A stretch of 64,000 nucleotides of DNA from Selaginella moellendorffii (Eukaryota; Plantae; Lycopodiophyta): NCBI RefSeq assembly GCF_000143415.4, contig NW_003314391.1:186001-250000 (forward strand), read 5' to 3'. The translations under genes and the position numbers were made by a program. A model generated the notes under the pieces. That model searched no databases and had not been told where the DNA came from. It saw only the letters and a program-made list of their open reading frames with translations. Below are positions 36,591 through 51,157 of this stretch, in pieces (within the stretch, counting starts at the first letter, position 1; every line of letters begins with the position of its first letter).

Positions 36591-38249
36591 CTAGACGGCA
36601 GCATCTGCATTCTCCAGCTCATCGAGCTCCCTCTGTTCGTCTCTTTGCTCCCGAACATCACTATCAACCATTTGCCGAACTTGTCTGCGAGACGTTCTTC
36701 GATGTTTCTTTAGCTCAAGCATTGGTTCGGCCTGCTTAACTCCGGATTCTCTTACCTTGAACCTGCAACCAGCCAAATTCCAGAGTTCAACATAACGAGA
36801 ACCATCGAAAACAAATTTACCTCATGTCATTTTCTTGCTTTGTGCCAAAGACCGCTTTCTCGTGTTCTTCTCGTTTGTGAACTTCATTCCACAATGAAAC
36901 GTAATATGGATATCTTTCCCAGTCACCACCCACTACACAATCCGGTTCCGATATATGCTGGCAATCTGCAAATCCGCAGCTAAACTCGCTCTTCTCCAGG
37001 CGCGCCCGCACCTACAAAAACTTTTGCATCACGATAAGAAGAAGCTGAACAAAAATACCTCGGGGAAAAGCGATGCTAATGAGTTACTCGTCACCATTGA
37101 CAAGTTGGGATAGCTGAAACCTGGAGTATCAGCGAGCATAGCCCCTCTAAATGGCAGATGCAAGAGAGAAACGTGCCGCGTCGTGTGTCGTCCGGATCCA
37201 GTTCGATACGACACCTCATTTACGCGAATGACTTCATCGTCAACTTCGTCTAGTGCCTGTACACGCGACAATTGCAGTTAGCATCAGACGAACTTCGAAG
37301 GTATACAGACCTGGATGTCATCTGGTGGAAGGCAAGACCTTCCGCGTAGAAAATTGATCAAGCTCGATTTTCCGACTCCACTTGGGCCAAAAACGACTGA
37401 TGTTTTATCTTCGAGGAGAGGAGCCATGTCATGAAGCCCCATACCAGTCTCTACACTGCATATGTATGGTTTATATCCCCACTCCGTCAGCCGCTTCTCC
37501 CAGCTATCTTTCATCTGAAAACTAAAAATGATCCTTCTATCAGCTTTGCAGAAGCGAAAAGAAAGAAATAAAACGGGTACCTCCTGAGTAACAAGATCCG
37601 CCTTGTTGAGCACCACTGCTAGAGGTATTCCAGTCGACTCGGCTTCGACTAAGAACCTATTCAGTATCACAGGATCCAAGCGCGGCCTATCGAGTGAGAA
37701 CAGCACCAGTAACAAATCAACATTAGCCACTGGTGGATCCGAAGTCTCGGATCGTCTCTGTAAAACATCTTCAATCATCCCGCGTTTGTCTGTCCAATCT
37801 ATTCCAGAGACTAAAACACTATCACCGACCATGACTCTTCTCCTGATCTTCTTGAGAAGTGCTCTCACCACGCAAAGAAGCTTAATCCCCGCTCTAAAGC
37901 CCTCTTCTCGCAAGCCATCGTCGAGCGCTCCAGCTCGTTCCACCACGACAGTCATGAAATTCGCCTGCGCCGATGTTACCTGCCCGACTGCTCGATCCTC
38001 AGTTGAAAGACTGTCGAATCGCTTCACATCGGGCAATGTCGTTACATCACGCACCTGCTGATTCCACTGGCGAGACACTTGCTTGGAATCGCCCCGCCGC
38101 TGCCGATCCCACTGCTTGTGGAGCTGCTTCCTGGCCGGACCGTGCGCATTCTTCCTGCCGCATCGCACCACCGGCAGCCGCTGTGTCGCGAAGCCTAGAC
38201 CTAGAACACACGACGAACGCCTCAAGGCGCCAATCTCCTTGAGCTCCAT
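36591..38249 (-). CDS. RsgA: Organellar RsgA/EngC ribosome small-subunit GTPase
   Basis: PPVANVD, NKAD, GPSGVGKSSLIN, GRHTTRH, LADTPGF, zinc motif CGFADCQHISEPDC. Confidence 0.93.
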
Positions 38250-38386
38250 TGCTCAAGAACCCTAAAAACAGAGCGCTTCTTTTGCCCTAAACTATTTTCT
38301 TTTTGGGCGCCAAAACCAAAGGTAAATGGGGGAATTGGTGCCCTAAAATCAAAGGTTTAGGGTTTCTGGGCCCGAGGGAGGGAAAA

Positions 38387-39284
38387 ATGGAATGCGTTGT
38401 GCAAGGGATCATCGAGGCTCAGGTTTGTTCTTCGATTCCAATCAAGCAATCGATCGATTGACAATCGCCGCAGCACGTAGAAGCTCTGGATGTGCTGCTG
38501 CAAGGCCTGTGCGAGGGACAGCGCGAGGCTGTCAAAACCCACGAAATATGCCTCAAGAGTAAGCCGATTTCCTCTTTCGCGGATTCTAGAGCTTTGGAAT
38601 CTCTTGAAACAGGCACCGTGGCTTCGGAGCTCCATCTACTGTGTGATCTCTCCAAGCGACCTCACATTTGGTATGTTGTTTCTTCTCCTCGCAAGAAGTA
38701 AGAAGTAGAAGTTACTCATTCTCAGTTTCTTTGTTTTCTTCCTTCCTCGAGGACTGTGAAGCACATAGGAGGAGCAATGAGAGGCACTGGTGCCGAGCAG
38801 CTGCCCGCCTTGGTACGCAACATTGTGGAGTCCAAGATGAGCAACAATGCGCTTCGTTTCTTCTACGCCGTTGGCTACAAGATGGACTACGAGCTTCTCC
38901 GCGATGGTTTTGCGTACCGCTTCCAGAGAGCCTTCCCGATCACGGTCACGGTAACTTCAGTGTGTAGGCTTCCCAAGCAGCACTCGATCGACGAAGCGAC
39001 ACCCGTCACTCCAAACATCCAGCTCGTCGAGGTTACGGCTCCCGCTACCGCTGACAACTTTAGCGATGTTGTCCCGGCAATCTCCTCCTTTGCCGAGCAC
39101 CTCTCCCCGTAAGCTTTCGTTTCTTCGTTTCCTTTTCCTTTTCTTTGTTTTGTCATCGCTGACAAACTTAGCCAGGCTTGTAAATTTGTCCAAGCCTGGA
39201 AGCTTTGCAGGGATCGTTTCCACGGCCTCCACGGCGGCGGCGTCATTGCTTTCGCGAAGTGACAGGCTTGAGCATCGCGTTTGA
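38387..39284 (+). CDS. MED18: Mediator subunit 18
   Basis: MECVVQGIIE, HVEALDVLLQGLC, WTVKHIGGAMRG, FFYAVGYKMDYELLR, LVEVTAPA, LSKPG...TAAASL. Confidence 0.9.
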
Positions 39285-39400
39285 ATCATTGCAAAGATAT
39301 TTGGTTATTATAACGCGCTTTAACATACATACACATACATATCGACGGTCTAGCTATTTAAGTTGGCGTAGGGTAAGCTTTTTTTAGAGAGGAAGGAGCG

Positions 39401-41436
39401 ATGGAGTTTTTGAGCCGGGATAAGCTCAAGGAGACGATCGAGCACAAGCAGCTCTTCATCGACGGCCAGTTCGTGGATTCGGCGTCAGGTTTGGAGCTTT
39501 TCGTGTTTCCTTGCGTTTCTTCTTCTTGGATCCTACATCTTCACAATTTCAGGGAAGAAATTCGCGGCTTTTGACCCGAGTACTGGAGAAACGATCGCAG
39601 ATGTTGCTGAAGGCGATGAACGGGACGTGGATCTCGCCGTCCAAGCCGCTCGCAAGGCTTTCGAGGAGGGTCCATGGCCTCGTCTGGCCGGAGCTGTAAG
39701 TAGCATTTCTGGATGAGAGAAAGCTGATTCCTTTCGTGGTCTTTTTCTTTTTTGCTTTGCAGAAGAGGGGCAAGATCCTGGCCAAGCTTGCTGACTTGAT
39801 GGAGGCCAAGATCATGGATCTTTCCACCTTGGAAACCCTCAACAACGGGATGCCGCTACAAGCGACCATGTTCATGACGAATGCAGCCATCGACGTTATA
39901 CGATACTACGGAGGTCTCGTCTCTCCGTCCTTCCAGTTCTTGGCGAGTCCTGATAGTTCCTTGTAGGCTGGGCCGATAAGATCGCGGGAAAGACTCTCAA
40001 AGGTGACGGGGATGTGCACGCCTACACGTTGTACGAGCCGGTCGGCGTTGTGGGAGCTATCGTTCCCTGGAACTTCCCAGTTTATCTTCTCGTGTGCAAA
40101 ATCGCTCCAGCTCTCGTCTGCGGCAACACCATGGTTGTGAAACCTTCGGAACAAGCACCTCTCACTGCACTGTGGATTGCGAAACTTGCGCTCGAGGTAA
40201 GGAAAAGATGGTATTCTGGGAGGCCCTGTTTTAACTTTGAGTTTGGTCCTGTTTTCTAGGCTGGAGTACCAGCCGGCGTGCTGAATATCGTTCCAGGATT
40301 CGGTCCCACAGCGGGAGCCGCGATTGCACGACACATGGACATCGATAAGGTACATAGAAAGTAGTTTTCCTTGGCTGTTTTCCAGGATCTCATACAACAA
40401 TCTTTTGCAGTTGACCTTTACCGGATCGACCAACGTCGGAAGGCTTGTGATGAATGATGCTGCAAGCAGCAACCTGAAGCAGGTTACGCTGGAGCTGGGT
40501 GGGAAGTCACCCTTCATCATCTGCGAGGACGCAAACCTGGAGGTTGCTGCCTTCTTTTCACATCTGGCCATATTCTTCCACCAGGTAAGAACTCGCAACT
40601 GACATTACATGACTCATTGTTTACGCTTTTCAGGGACAAGTTTGTCTCGCGGGGTCCAGAGTGTTCGTCCACGAGAGCGTGTACGATGCCTTCATTGAAA
40701 AGGCAGTGGCGATGGCCAAGCGGCGAGTTATTGGTGATCCGTTGAAGATCGAAGTCGAGCATGGCCCCCAGGTGTGTTTTATCTTTGTGATGATGGTTCT
40801 ACACCGCCTCACGTATGTGCTCGTATGTGTTGCAGATCAACCAAGCTCAGGCTGACAAGATCTTGAGCTACATCGAAAGCGCTCACGCTGAAGGAGCTCG
40901 TCTCGTGACTGGAGGAAAGCGTATTGGTGACAAGGGATTTTACATCGAGCCGACCATTTTTGCTGACGTTACGGTAATATCTTTCTCGTGATTGTTTCAA
41001 CCTCCTTGACTGACTCCTGACTTGTCTCTTCCTTTTTACAGCAATCAATGACGATAGCGAAAGAGGAAATCTTCGGCCCTGTCCTCTCTGTGCTCAAGTT
41101 CAAGTAAGTCCCTACTTGTGAGTTCTTTTTTGTTCATTCTACTTTCTTCGTCATTCCTTTAGGACCCTGGACGAGGCTGTCAAGCTCGCCAACAGCACGA
41201 GCTATGGTCTGGCAGCTGCAATCTTCGCGAAGGACATCGACACGGTGAACTTCCTGTCGAGGTCGATCAAGTCGGGGATTGTCTTCGTCAACTCGTACTT
41301 CAGTGCTGGACCGGGAATCCCATTCGGAGGCTACAAGATGAGCGGAATCGGCCGGGAGAATGGATACGAGGGGCTCCTGCCATATCTCCAGACCAAGTCC
41401 GTGGTCATGCCACTGGCAAACTCGCCATGGCTTTGA
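39401..41436 (+). CDS. Aldehyde dehydrogenase family 2 (cytosolic ALDH2C-like), multi-exon
   Basis: [38 protein letters not shown], catalytic [23 protein letters not shown]. Confidence 0.93.
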
Positions 41437-41665
41437 GAGGGTGAGTGCATTCATTTTGGTTTAGCTATCTTCATGTCACGTAAAAGTATGAATCTCTTTC
41501 CAGGAACTCTCGACTCAGAGCCGCTTAACAAAGCCTCAGATCTTTTTTTCTTCCATACCATGTGACCTTTTGCTTTCGACATTAATAAACCACCAGAGAC
41601 TCTCGAGCGAGCTTTCTACATTGATGAGATGAGCGAAAGATTTACAGTGTTGTTTGGTCCCTTTC

Positions 41666-44600
41666 TTATGTTAACTCTCCACGCAAAACTAGCGTAGCGC
41701 GCTCTAAAACCCTGGACACCCTCCATATTTGATGCTGGACCGCATCCCACTTGTCTGGATTTGTCGAGCCAGAGGCCTCTACAATCGCATCGAGCACAGC
41801 GGGGAAGGCTTCTGACTGATAGCCATTGTTTTTGGATGGTCCGTAAATCTGGAAACCAAAACAGTTGGATCGCTTGATTAAGAAGACTAAAAGCTTACCA
41901 AGTGCTTGTGCCATGTTCTTCCGGGAATGCCACCTTCCTCCAGAAAAGCACGCTCGGCCAGCATCAACCTGTCGTTTAATGTTCTCCTCGGAAGCAACAA
42001 GGATATCTCTCTCTCCAGTTTCTTCACAAAACCAACCAACAGAGAAATCAGTGAGATTTTAAACTAAGTGTGGAGCGTGACTAGAAAAACCTTGGAGTCG
42101 TGACCGGCTTGCTTGGCCCCCTCGACAAAACTCGCCAGCGACGTACGCAGCGGCGACGCTGTTACGTTGTGCGGTGCTTTGGCTGCTCGCAGTGCATCTT
42201 CCACCGCGTTTCCATACACCTGCATTGCATGGATCCAGCCAGAATGGCACAAACGGGTCACATCGATTGCGCTAGCCAGCAAGCAACAAAAAGAGTCTTA
42301 AAGAACCTGTGCCTGCGTTGCATAAGAGCCATAGTTAAATGGCAGAACGAGACAATCCGCGAGGCGTAGAGCCATCAATCCCCATATCGACGAAACTGCA
42401 AAGCTTGCAATAATATAGGAACGCTTTCGCAAGAGAGAGTTAAATATAATCACAGCTCACCGGCTACATGCCGATGGAACAACGGGTCTCCATATCGCTT
42501 CATCCAGTCGTAGTTGTCATACAGCGAATGATACACTGGATAAGCTGCACACACACACAGAGAGAGACAAGCGAAAGCGCGAGCGTAAGCACTTTAGGAG
42601 ACAGAAAACTTTTGCATCGATCTCACGAAAAAGATAACCTGAGAGAGTTCATACATTTCCCAAAGTACATGTCAACAGCTGGAACACCAGCGCGCTGAAG
42701 GAACGCAACGAAGTCAGAGTCTGTGCCTCCCAGCCTGTCAACCTGCGGAAAAAGATGTTACATCTCATCGCCATTTGCACAGACTATTCCACAAAATTTC
42801 ACGTACCGTAGGAGAGGATTTTCCTCCTCCTCCAATTGGGCTTCTAGAGGCCCAAGAATCATAAACAGAGCCACGCCCCGTGTCAGGGTCCCCCACCTGT
42901 TGTGTCAAGAAACACACGAATCCCGAGTTAGATACAAGCTTAGCTTTTAGCCGGCATTAGCTTAGCCACCTCTTTTGTCACGTCCACCAGCAGATCATCG
43001 AGCTGTGGCGTTGCTCCAGCGAAGAAACCGGGACCGCTCACAGCGCAGTCGACGTTGAGGTACGCGACTGCTCTTGCTCCGAGAAGGTCCAAGTTCTCTT
43101 CCACCCATTCAGTCGATCCAACCTGGAAGAGTACAGGGGACAGTACGTTATCAATGCGACGCGTTCGAAAGCGATGTCTAGATGGAGATGTTGATTGTAA
43201 CTTACGGAGCCAAACTCTTCTGCGTCCCAGCTCGCCAGAACAATCGTCCGGCGTGGTTTCCACCCGGCTCTCACAAGCCTTCCAAGCCTGGAAGCTATCT
43301 ACAACCAGCAAAGTCAGCTTAAAAGCAATATGCTGGAAAAGAAAAAAGGATTACCTCGAGCAATGCTGCGGTGCCGCTGTTTGGATCCACAGCTCCAAAG
43401 GTCCATGCGTCGCGATGGTTTCCCAGTAAGATAAACCTGGCCAAAACACACAAGCACACACACACGCACGGGTCAGTGACGTGTAAGCGAGAATGGCCAC
43501 AAGGATATGATCCAAAATGCTCAATCACATGAATCCCTTTACAAGAAAAGTTCAGTACAACACACACTACTCCCTCGCAGCCCAAGGAGCAGAAAAGAAA
43601 GACACCAACAAAAAGAAGGTGAATCAACTACTTTGTGTACCTGTCCGGCTCTTCGTATCCTTTGATGGCACCCAACACATTCCGAATAGAAGCCAGTGTT
43701 TGATTTGCCTGCGATGAAAGCCAGAAACAACAAACGTCACCAAAGATTTCCACTTTGCTATCAAGGCACGTAGGCCGCTTTCCAGATCCTGACATGCAAG
43801 CAATTTGTCCCTACAAATCATCCGGATGGAATACTTGACAAGACCCGCACTCCTCGCTCTCTCTCTCTCTCTCTCACACACACTCACTGCTCGATCATAC
43901 ATTGACGTGACAAATCATTCCACCCCCTCCAATGCCGTGAAAAAGCTGGGAAGAAAAAAAAAGGAACCAAGAATCTCTATCCCTGCGAGCGATCGCGAGC
44001 GACGCAGCCAACTTCTCTACGAGTCCAATCTCGCACAGTAAAAATTCCACTTAAAAAGAGAATTTCCTCTCCCCCACCAATCACACAGACTCGTGCACAC
44101 TCTCTGATCACAGACTTTTCAAGCGTGCCCCACAGTCACAGCTAAAGAACTCTGGAAGAAAAAAAAAAAAAAGAAAAAAGAGGAAGAAAAACACGCCACT
44201 AGCGAAGTAAAGCAGTGGTCAAGAACAACCAAGCAGGGAAGAAGAAACACTTGCAAGAAAAGTGTAAGTTACTCACAACGTAATGAAAGCGTAGCTTTGC
44301 CGGTCCTCGTCCAGTCCTGTACTCCATCGCAAATCCTCCTCGCCATCCTCGCGGAGCAACTTTACCACCCAAGCTCTCGAGGATGGGCCGAGCATCCCGA
44401 GCGGAGATTGGCAGCGATGGAATCGTCGGCAAGCCAGCTCGCGACTCTGGAATCCTCTCGGCATTGGCGGTGCTGCTCGGCCATCCAGGCGTGAGCGGGT
44501 CTCCATTGCCTTGAAAGACGGTACCTCTTTGGACGCCAGTGGGAGTGAGCCAGCTCGAGTCGGGGAAGTATCCTTGCGTTTGATTAGCAGCGTAATCGCC

Positions 44601-45401
44601 CGGGTCGGAAAAGATGATAGCCGCCACCGCGCCTCTCGAGGCGGCGTTCTCCACGATATCTCCGCGGAAGATCTGGCCATAGCGAGCGAGAACGATGGCT
44701 CCTCTCACGTCCACGCCGAGCAGCTCCAGCTCTTGGTAGTCCTCGCTACGTCCATAGTTGACATAGACCACCTCGCCTTGGACGTCGCCGGATGGAGAGT
44801 AAGCGTGGTAGGAGCTGATCACTGCTGCTGGACCGCCACCGCCACCATCGCCCCCTCCGGGATCCTCCTCCCGGAGCGAGAGCTCTAGCTTGAGCGAGCC
44901 ATCCGGATGGAGGAGCGAGAGGTTGCGCTCCACCGGGTAGCTGAGGAGCACACTGTAATCGGCGAAGTGTGGCGCGAGGCCATAGCTCTGGAGCGCCGAG
45001 AAGACATACTCGGCGGTGGCGAAGTCGCGAGGGAGGCCGGCGACGTGCGGGTGGCGAGTGAGCTCGCGGAGGTGGCGATCCACGGTGGTGTTGCAAGCCA
45101 GGTCGAGGAAGGCGGCGTGGAAGCGCTGCGAGGAGATGGATTCGCGGCGGCGGGACCAGGCGGAGAGGGAGCGATCGATCAGAGTCGCGGAGAGGGCGAT
45201 GAGAATTGCGCCGAGGAGGATGAAGAGCGCGTTGAGGAGGCAGTGGCGGAGGATTTGCTTGTGGCGGGCTTGCCTGATCCGGCACAGAGGCGATGTGGTG
45301 CTGCTGGAAGGATCCTCCTCCATGTCGAGAGGGATGAGACCCGAGCGCGCCAAGGCGTGGTGGCCATTCTCCTGTTTCGCCCACCAATGTGTGTTCCACA
45401 T
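41666..45401 (-). CDS. Glutamate carboxypeptidase II (AMP1/LAMP1-like, M28B)
   Basis: TM anchor, HVAG, PA domain ([19 protein letters not shown]), [33 protein letters not shown]-dimer C-terminus. Start codon uncertain. Confidence 0.92.
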
Positions 45402-46559
45402 CTCCAAGAAAAGAAGAAGATCACCACCGCCCTTCTTCGTCTTCTTCCTCGCGATTTTTTCTTCTTCTCTGCCTTGAGAATCAATCACAAGAACGCTCCT
45501 TCTTGCCTAGAGGAGGGTCGATCAAGGGAGAAGAGACTCTGATCCTCACAAACTCTTCTAATCATCGAGAATTCTCTCAAAGAGGGAAGGAAAGAGCTCG
45601 CTCCAGTCTCTTCTTCTCTTTTAGAAATGGCAGTGGTACGAAAAGGAAGGGAGGCATGCATGAAAGACAAGCGCATAAAAACGCACCCCAAAAATAAGAA
45701 ATCTCTCAAGGCTGCAATCGAATCGCCAAAGCAAAGCCAAGCAATTCAATGCCAGCCTTCGATCTCTCTCTCTTCTCACCCTAATCTAATCCCTTCCTTC
45801 CCTCCTCGCGATCGAATTGCAAAGAGCAAAGAGAGGATCAAGCACACCAGATTCTTCTAGAATCTCGCAGAGAAATGCAAACCCTAGGAGCGCCAAGCCC
45901 TCGCCATCGCCAATCTCTCTCTCTCTCTCGCTTGGACACAAGGTGGAAGAAGAGGAGGAAGAACACAAGGCGCAACTAGGAGCAAAGTAAATTTCGTTTT
46001 CACCGTATAGCTGGTTTATTCCCTTTTTTATAACCCAGGGCGCCGGGAGGGAAAGTGAAAGCATTGCCCGCCCCGAGGTAAAAAACAAATCCGGTTTTCT
46101 CACACGCGCCTTACCTGGCGGCAGCACGGCGCCGGCCGGCGGTTAAAAACGCTGCCAATTTAAATGAGCCTTTTATCACGGCTTATGATGGAAACCTGCG
46201 AATCAATCAGCCCTAAATCATATCAAAACCATTGGAATTGGAAACGTAATGATATTGGATCAATCGATTTCCTGTATGGTTGTTGAAGGTTCAACATCAA
46301 CGTGTCTTTTGCTAGATTAAATTTTTATTTGGGGGTGTCATGGGTGGCGGGAACAAGCGTGAATGAATGTGATCCTTTCTGTCTCAAACAACAACGATCA
46401 AAGAAAAGAATATTCACATTTCAACAACAGCGGCGTTTGATGTAGTTTGGCTTCACACACGACGTTACACTGTATTTTTCCTCACAAATTTTATAAAAAA
46501 AAAGTAAAAAAGTGAAAAAAGTAAAAGAGTTTCTTTCTACATTTTTTACCAAAGCCAAA

Positions 46560-49500
46560 TCTAGCTACGCCATCTAAGCTGCCACGAGGCTGGCGGCTAT
46601 TGACGGACAGCGACGGCCGTATTGTGTTTTTGAGTCAATGATCACAGGCTGGCGTGTTATGTTTTAACATATGCCACGTCACGTCCACGTCACCGTACAC
46701 CTGGTGACAGCTCGGATGGGGGAATGGCGACAAAACTAAGCTTTGCGTGGGGAGAGAAAACTCCCTTGGACCATGCAACAACCACGTGAAATCGGGGATT
46801 CTTTCGGTCATGAAAGAATAGCTCTTGGTTTGTATGGTTTGGTGGCCCACATATTTTAATGATCGCCTGCCTGCCATGGTTTGGAGAGGCCTCTCCATCG
46901 CCGAGATAATGAGAGTTGCGAGCTATCTATCATCATCCATCGATCTTTTCATGTCTGTGTGTGGGTGATCGCCGTATATCTGTGATATCTTTCCTTTCCA
47001 CTATTACATATGTACTCATGAATTCAAACTGTATTAATGTGGAAAGTGTATCGCAGCTATCATGGATGTCGATTAGGTCGGGTCTTCCAGAAAAACAAAC
47101 AGCCGTGGAGCCCCTTGGTTCACGCTGCTGTGACCTTGTCATTGATTCGTACCCTTGAAGTGCCTTTGACAATCATGAAGGCATCTCTTTGGTGTATGAA
47201 TTGTAATCACTTTTAAGTAATAATACAGGATTCCACATTGTGAGCTTATCAGGCCACGTCGAAGTTGTGTTGGTAATGTAAACACCTTCTCTCAAATGAC
47301 ACAATGTGGATTCTTAATGGCTTCCCAAAAGGCATTTATCTGTGCAAAGGTTATAAGATTGTGTTTACTGAGCTATTGTATGTGAATTAGCTAGTTGATT
47401 GACTTCATATTCATCACAGATCCTCTCCATCTCCCTCACGGTCTGTATGCTTTGTCTTCCAATCTGTGACTACATTGTTGTGGCAATCTGACTGGAAGGT
47501 ATGATATGCCATTTCATGCAGTCTTTGACACCTTCTGTCCATGTTACTTCCAATGCTCCAATGTATATTGCAAGCAACGGAGGTGAAATGGACATCCTTG
47601 TCAAACACCCATGGTGGATGGAATGGGGTTGCCACTAAAGATTTCTAGCTTCACCAATCTATAAATCTCAATGATGATGGCTATAAGCTGTCTTGGGGCA
47701 TCTATTTCCAAAAGCTGAATGATCAGCACGTCTAGACACCATGTCAAATGCCTTTGCAAAATCAACGAAGCCACAAAATATGACTTGTGATGCTTGTCTC
47801 GTGCTTGTTCTAGCAGCATTCGTAATGTCAGGATGTGTCAACGCCGGCATAATGCTTGTGAAAGCCTGCTTGTCCTTCTGCATGGATATATCTCCATTTG
47901 TTTGCACTTTAGTAAAGATTCCTGATACTGCTATTGAGAACAAAAGTTCTCAATCTGATGGTTGCATTACATCACCTGTGGCACAATCTGATTAACTGGT
48001 TTGGATTGGTGTGACAACTTTTGCTAGCCATTGCAATTTTGTTGCCCTGAGCAGTGCAGTTATGCCATTAGCATCTGATGCTTTCCCAACCTGAATTGTG
48101 TTGACATGAAGCTATGTTGGGATATTTATTATTGAACAATGAACAACATCATAAACTTATTTGTACCAGGTAGAGTCAAGGGGTGAAATTCAGTAAAGTT
48201 GAAGATTTAAACCTAAGACCACCAAGTAATATATAATTATCATAAGTAATAACATCACAACTTCTAATTGTAATCAAGAAAACATAAATAAATCTCTTAT
48301 ATATAACTTTAAAACTATAAAACATCAGAACTTTTTAAAATTAAAATAACTAAATTTATTTTCTTCATCACATCTAAATCTATTGTTTTATCATTTTCTC
48401 AAAACAAAAATACTATATAATTTCTCTTCTAAATTTATTATATTAATTATTAGATTTTAATATTATTTATATATATATAATTATTATCATCCTCTATTTA
48501 TAATTAATATTATTTAATATCATTCAATTTTTGTTGTTTTTTTCCCTTTATTTTACTAGATTATTTCAAAGTAATCATTCAACTTGAGGATCTTGTATTT
48601 CTCCATGAATTGGACCTAATTCTTTTACTCATTCACAAAGTGAAACTTGACATTCCTTGCTACTTAAAAAAAATAAAGATAAAAATATATAAATTAAATA
48701 CTAGATAATGAAACTTGAAGTATTAGTGTATGAATTTACTCATGCTAAATTCTTTGAAAGTTGTAAGTGAATATGAGAGGAAAAAAGTATTATAAAATTT
48801 TTAGTAATATATAAAAATATAATATAATATAACTTGAAAATTAAAGATTTTCTATAAATATACTTATAATAAAAAATCATAAAAATGAATTACTTTACAA
48901 AATTTATAGCATTTTAAAATAATTAGTTATATATATTTTCTTAAACATTGAACATGTATGATCAAACATAATTTTGTATTCCATGCATTCACATTGTTAT
49001 ATTATATTTTAAGAAAATTAAAACTAATTTATTTTTCTCATATTTTTGCAATGAACTATTAGTAAATTTTTTTGGGTAAGATACCTTTATTTTATGTTAT
49101 TTCATAAGTAATAAAATCTAGGATAACACAAATGATTATGTGTTGTTTAGAAAGTTTTCTAAGTTTTAAATCTCATCTTCAATTATAAAGATCTCAAGTT
49201 ACCCATAATGATATTAGTTATGACAAAAGCCCACCATGCTCTTACAAAAAAAAAAAAATTATCAATCTATAAAGAAAGGTATTATAAACTCTTTAAATTT
49301 ATTAAAGTAGTTTAAAATATATAACTTGATAAATAATAATATATAAGGAAAAAATACAATCACAACAACATAAAACCAACAAACATTCTAGTGGGCTATG
49401 ATGGCGATGTCTTGTATTAGCAAATATTGCAATTAATGAGTTTCATGAGGACAATAATCTATAAACTAGATGTAGCTTTAATAATTTGTAAAAAAATTAT

Positions 49501-49982
49501 AAATATGTATTTTAATATGTTGAAAAACCAAAAGAAATAATAACTATCAAATTTCAATAGTGGTTAAGATTTATGTTTTCTTCAGTAGAAGGAAAATTTG
49601 AGAAGTAAAATAAAAAGAAAATAAAAAAAAAGAAATTAAAGAATAATTATTTTACAAAAAAATTAAAATACTCAAATCTGATTAAAAGTCCATCATAATG
49701 TCTATTTGATATAAATTTATAAAAATTATCGTCATATATATGTGAACATTATAGATACATAGGTAATACAACAAAATTAATATAAACTATTAAAGAAATA
49801 AAGTCAATATATGATAGAATTAATTAAAACATTAAATAATAAATAATAGCATTAGACAACCTTTAATCCTATATGAATAGAATATACAAAACTAAGTAGC
49901 ATATACTCAAGTTTCATAGAAAAAGAAATGTTATTGTTATTTCCCTACAAATACGACATTCGAGCATCAGGTTTGTAGCTAG
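46560..49982 (+). mobile_element. Candidate non-autonomous Helitron (AT-rich, carries a LINE fragment)
   Basis: A|TCTAGCTAC 5' end at 46560; degenerate 34-nt palindrome 49945-49978 followed by CTAG|T; very AT-rich interior 48200-49940. Confidence 0.4.
47170..47830 (-). mobile_element. Non-LTR (LINE) reverse transcriptase remnant
   Basis: IFCGFVDFAKAFDMVSR and GV*QGCP motifs across frameshifts. Confidence 0.8.
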
Positions 49983-50057
49983 TGTTTACACTATTTTTAC
50001 AAAGAACCAAAGCAGAAAAAACTAGACGAACGAACGGGGACTTTCCGAGCCATTGAT

Positions 50058-50970
50058 TTAATTGGAGGTAGCGTAGAGTTGGGTCCACTCTCTTGCTGCA
50101 GAGGAAAGTACCAATGCATCTATCAAATTCTAACACCAAAAGAGGATTCTTGTCTCACCAGTTGCGATTGCTCCTCCTTGGTCTGTCTTCCAGTGCTTGG
50201 CGATGTTCTCGTCCAGGGGATCCTCAGGATTTGGAGCACTCAAAAGAGCTTGAATACTGTCAGACACAGAGCAAGGAGCCTAAGCATAATAACAACGGCA
50301 AGTGATTCAGTCACCTCAAGAGCACAGTGCGAATCTGAAGAGCGGGGCTCCATTTGTCTTTCAAAATGTCTAAACAGATCCGGCCCAGCTGCAAAGACAG
50401 TGTTAAGAACAAACGCAAGCGTAGCAGTGAGTCCCACCTTGTCGATGTTCGGGTGGTAGATTTTCGTCAAGAAGCGAACCTATTGCAGTTCTTGTCAAAA
50501 CAGTGAGACCTCAAGTCAGTAAGAAATAAACCAGCGAGGACAACCTTCGTACCTTTGGGGCAGCCATCGGGTATTCCTCCGGAAGAAAGAGCTCCAGCCT
50601 GAACGCGCCACCTGAGAAGAAACACAGTAGCTCAGAGGAAGAACAAAGTAAAAATGAAATCTTGCCTTCATACGGTGACTGAGCGGGGCCAAGGATCATC
50701 ACACTGAAGTATCGCAAATTATCTTCGGCAGGAGAAGCGCTGATACCTTCAGCTGGAAGAGAAGCACAAAACCACAAAGAAAAACATTTAGACATTCTAG
50801 GAATGGAATACGAAATGTCCCGACGCAATCGATCTCACCTGGCTCGGTCAGTAATCGCTGAGTTTCCTGCGGATCAAACGAAACATGAGCTCTCACGGGA
50901 AATTATCGGAGCTACTACTGACCTTGATGATGCGCCGCGGGAGATTGCTGTTAGCAATGGCGCCCGCCAT
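50058..50970 (-). CDS. UBC13: Ubiquitin-conjugating enzyme UBC13 (UBC35/36 type)
   Basis: [11 protein letters not shown]|[29 protein letters not shown]|[23 protein letters not shown]. Confidence 0.95.
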
Positions 50971-51157
50971 GGCGGCAAGATCTGGAGAGCACGGAGATGG
51001 ATCGACGGCGCCGGAGCTGATGGCGCGCAAGCGAGACGACCGCCTGTCGCGAGAATCTCTTGCCCTAGAACGCAAGCACCTCTACTTTTAGGTTGTCATC
51101 GCTAAACTCCAATATCGACGGTCAGGATCGCTGGGGCTGAATTATTAGGGTTCTTGG

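Noticed and set aside
10896-41436. Biosynthetic gene cluster (2-ODD, GDSL, FAD oxidase, BAHD, ALDH)
   Set aside because: No scaffold-forming enzyme; the genes are interspersed with housekeeping genes, as expected in a gene-dense genome.
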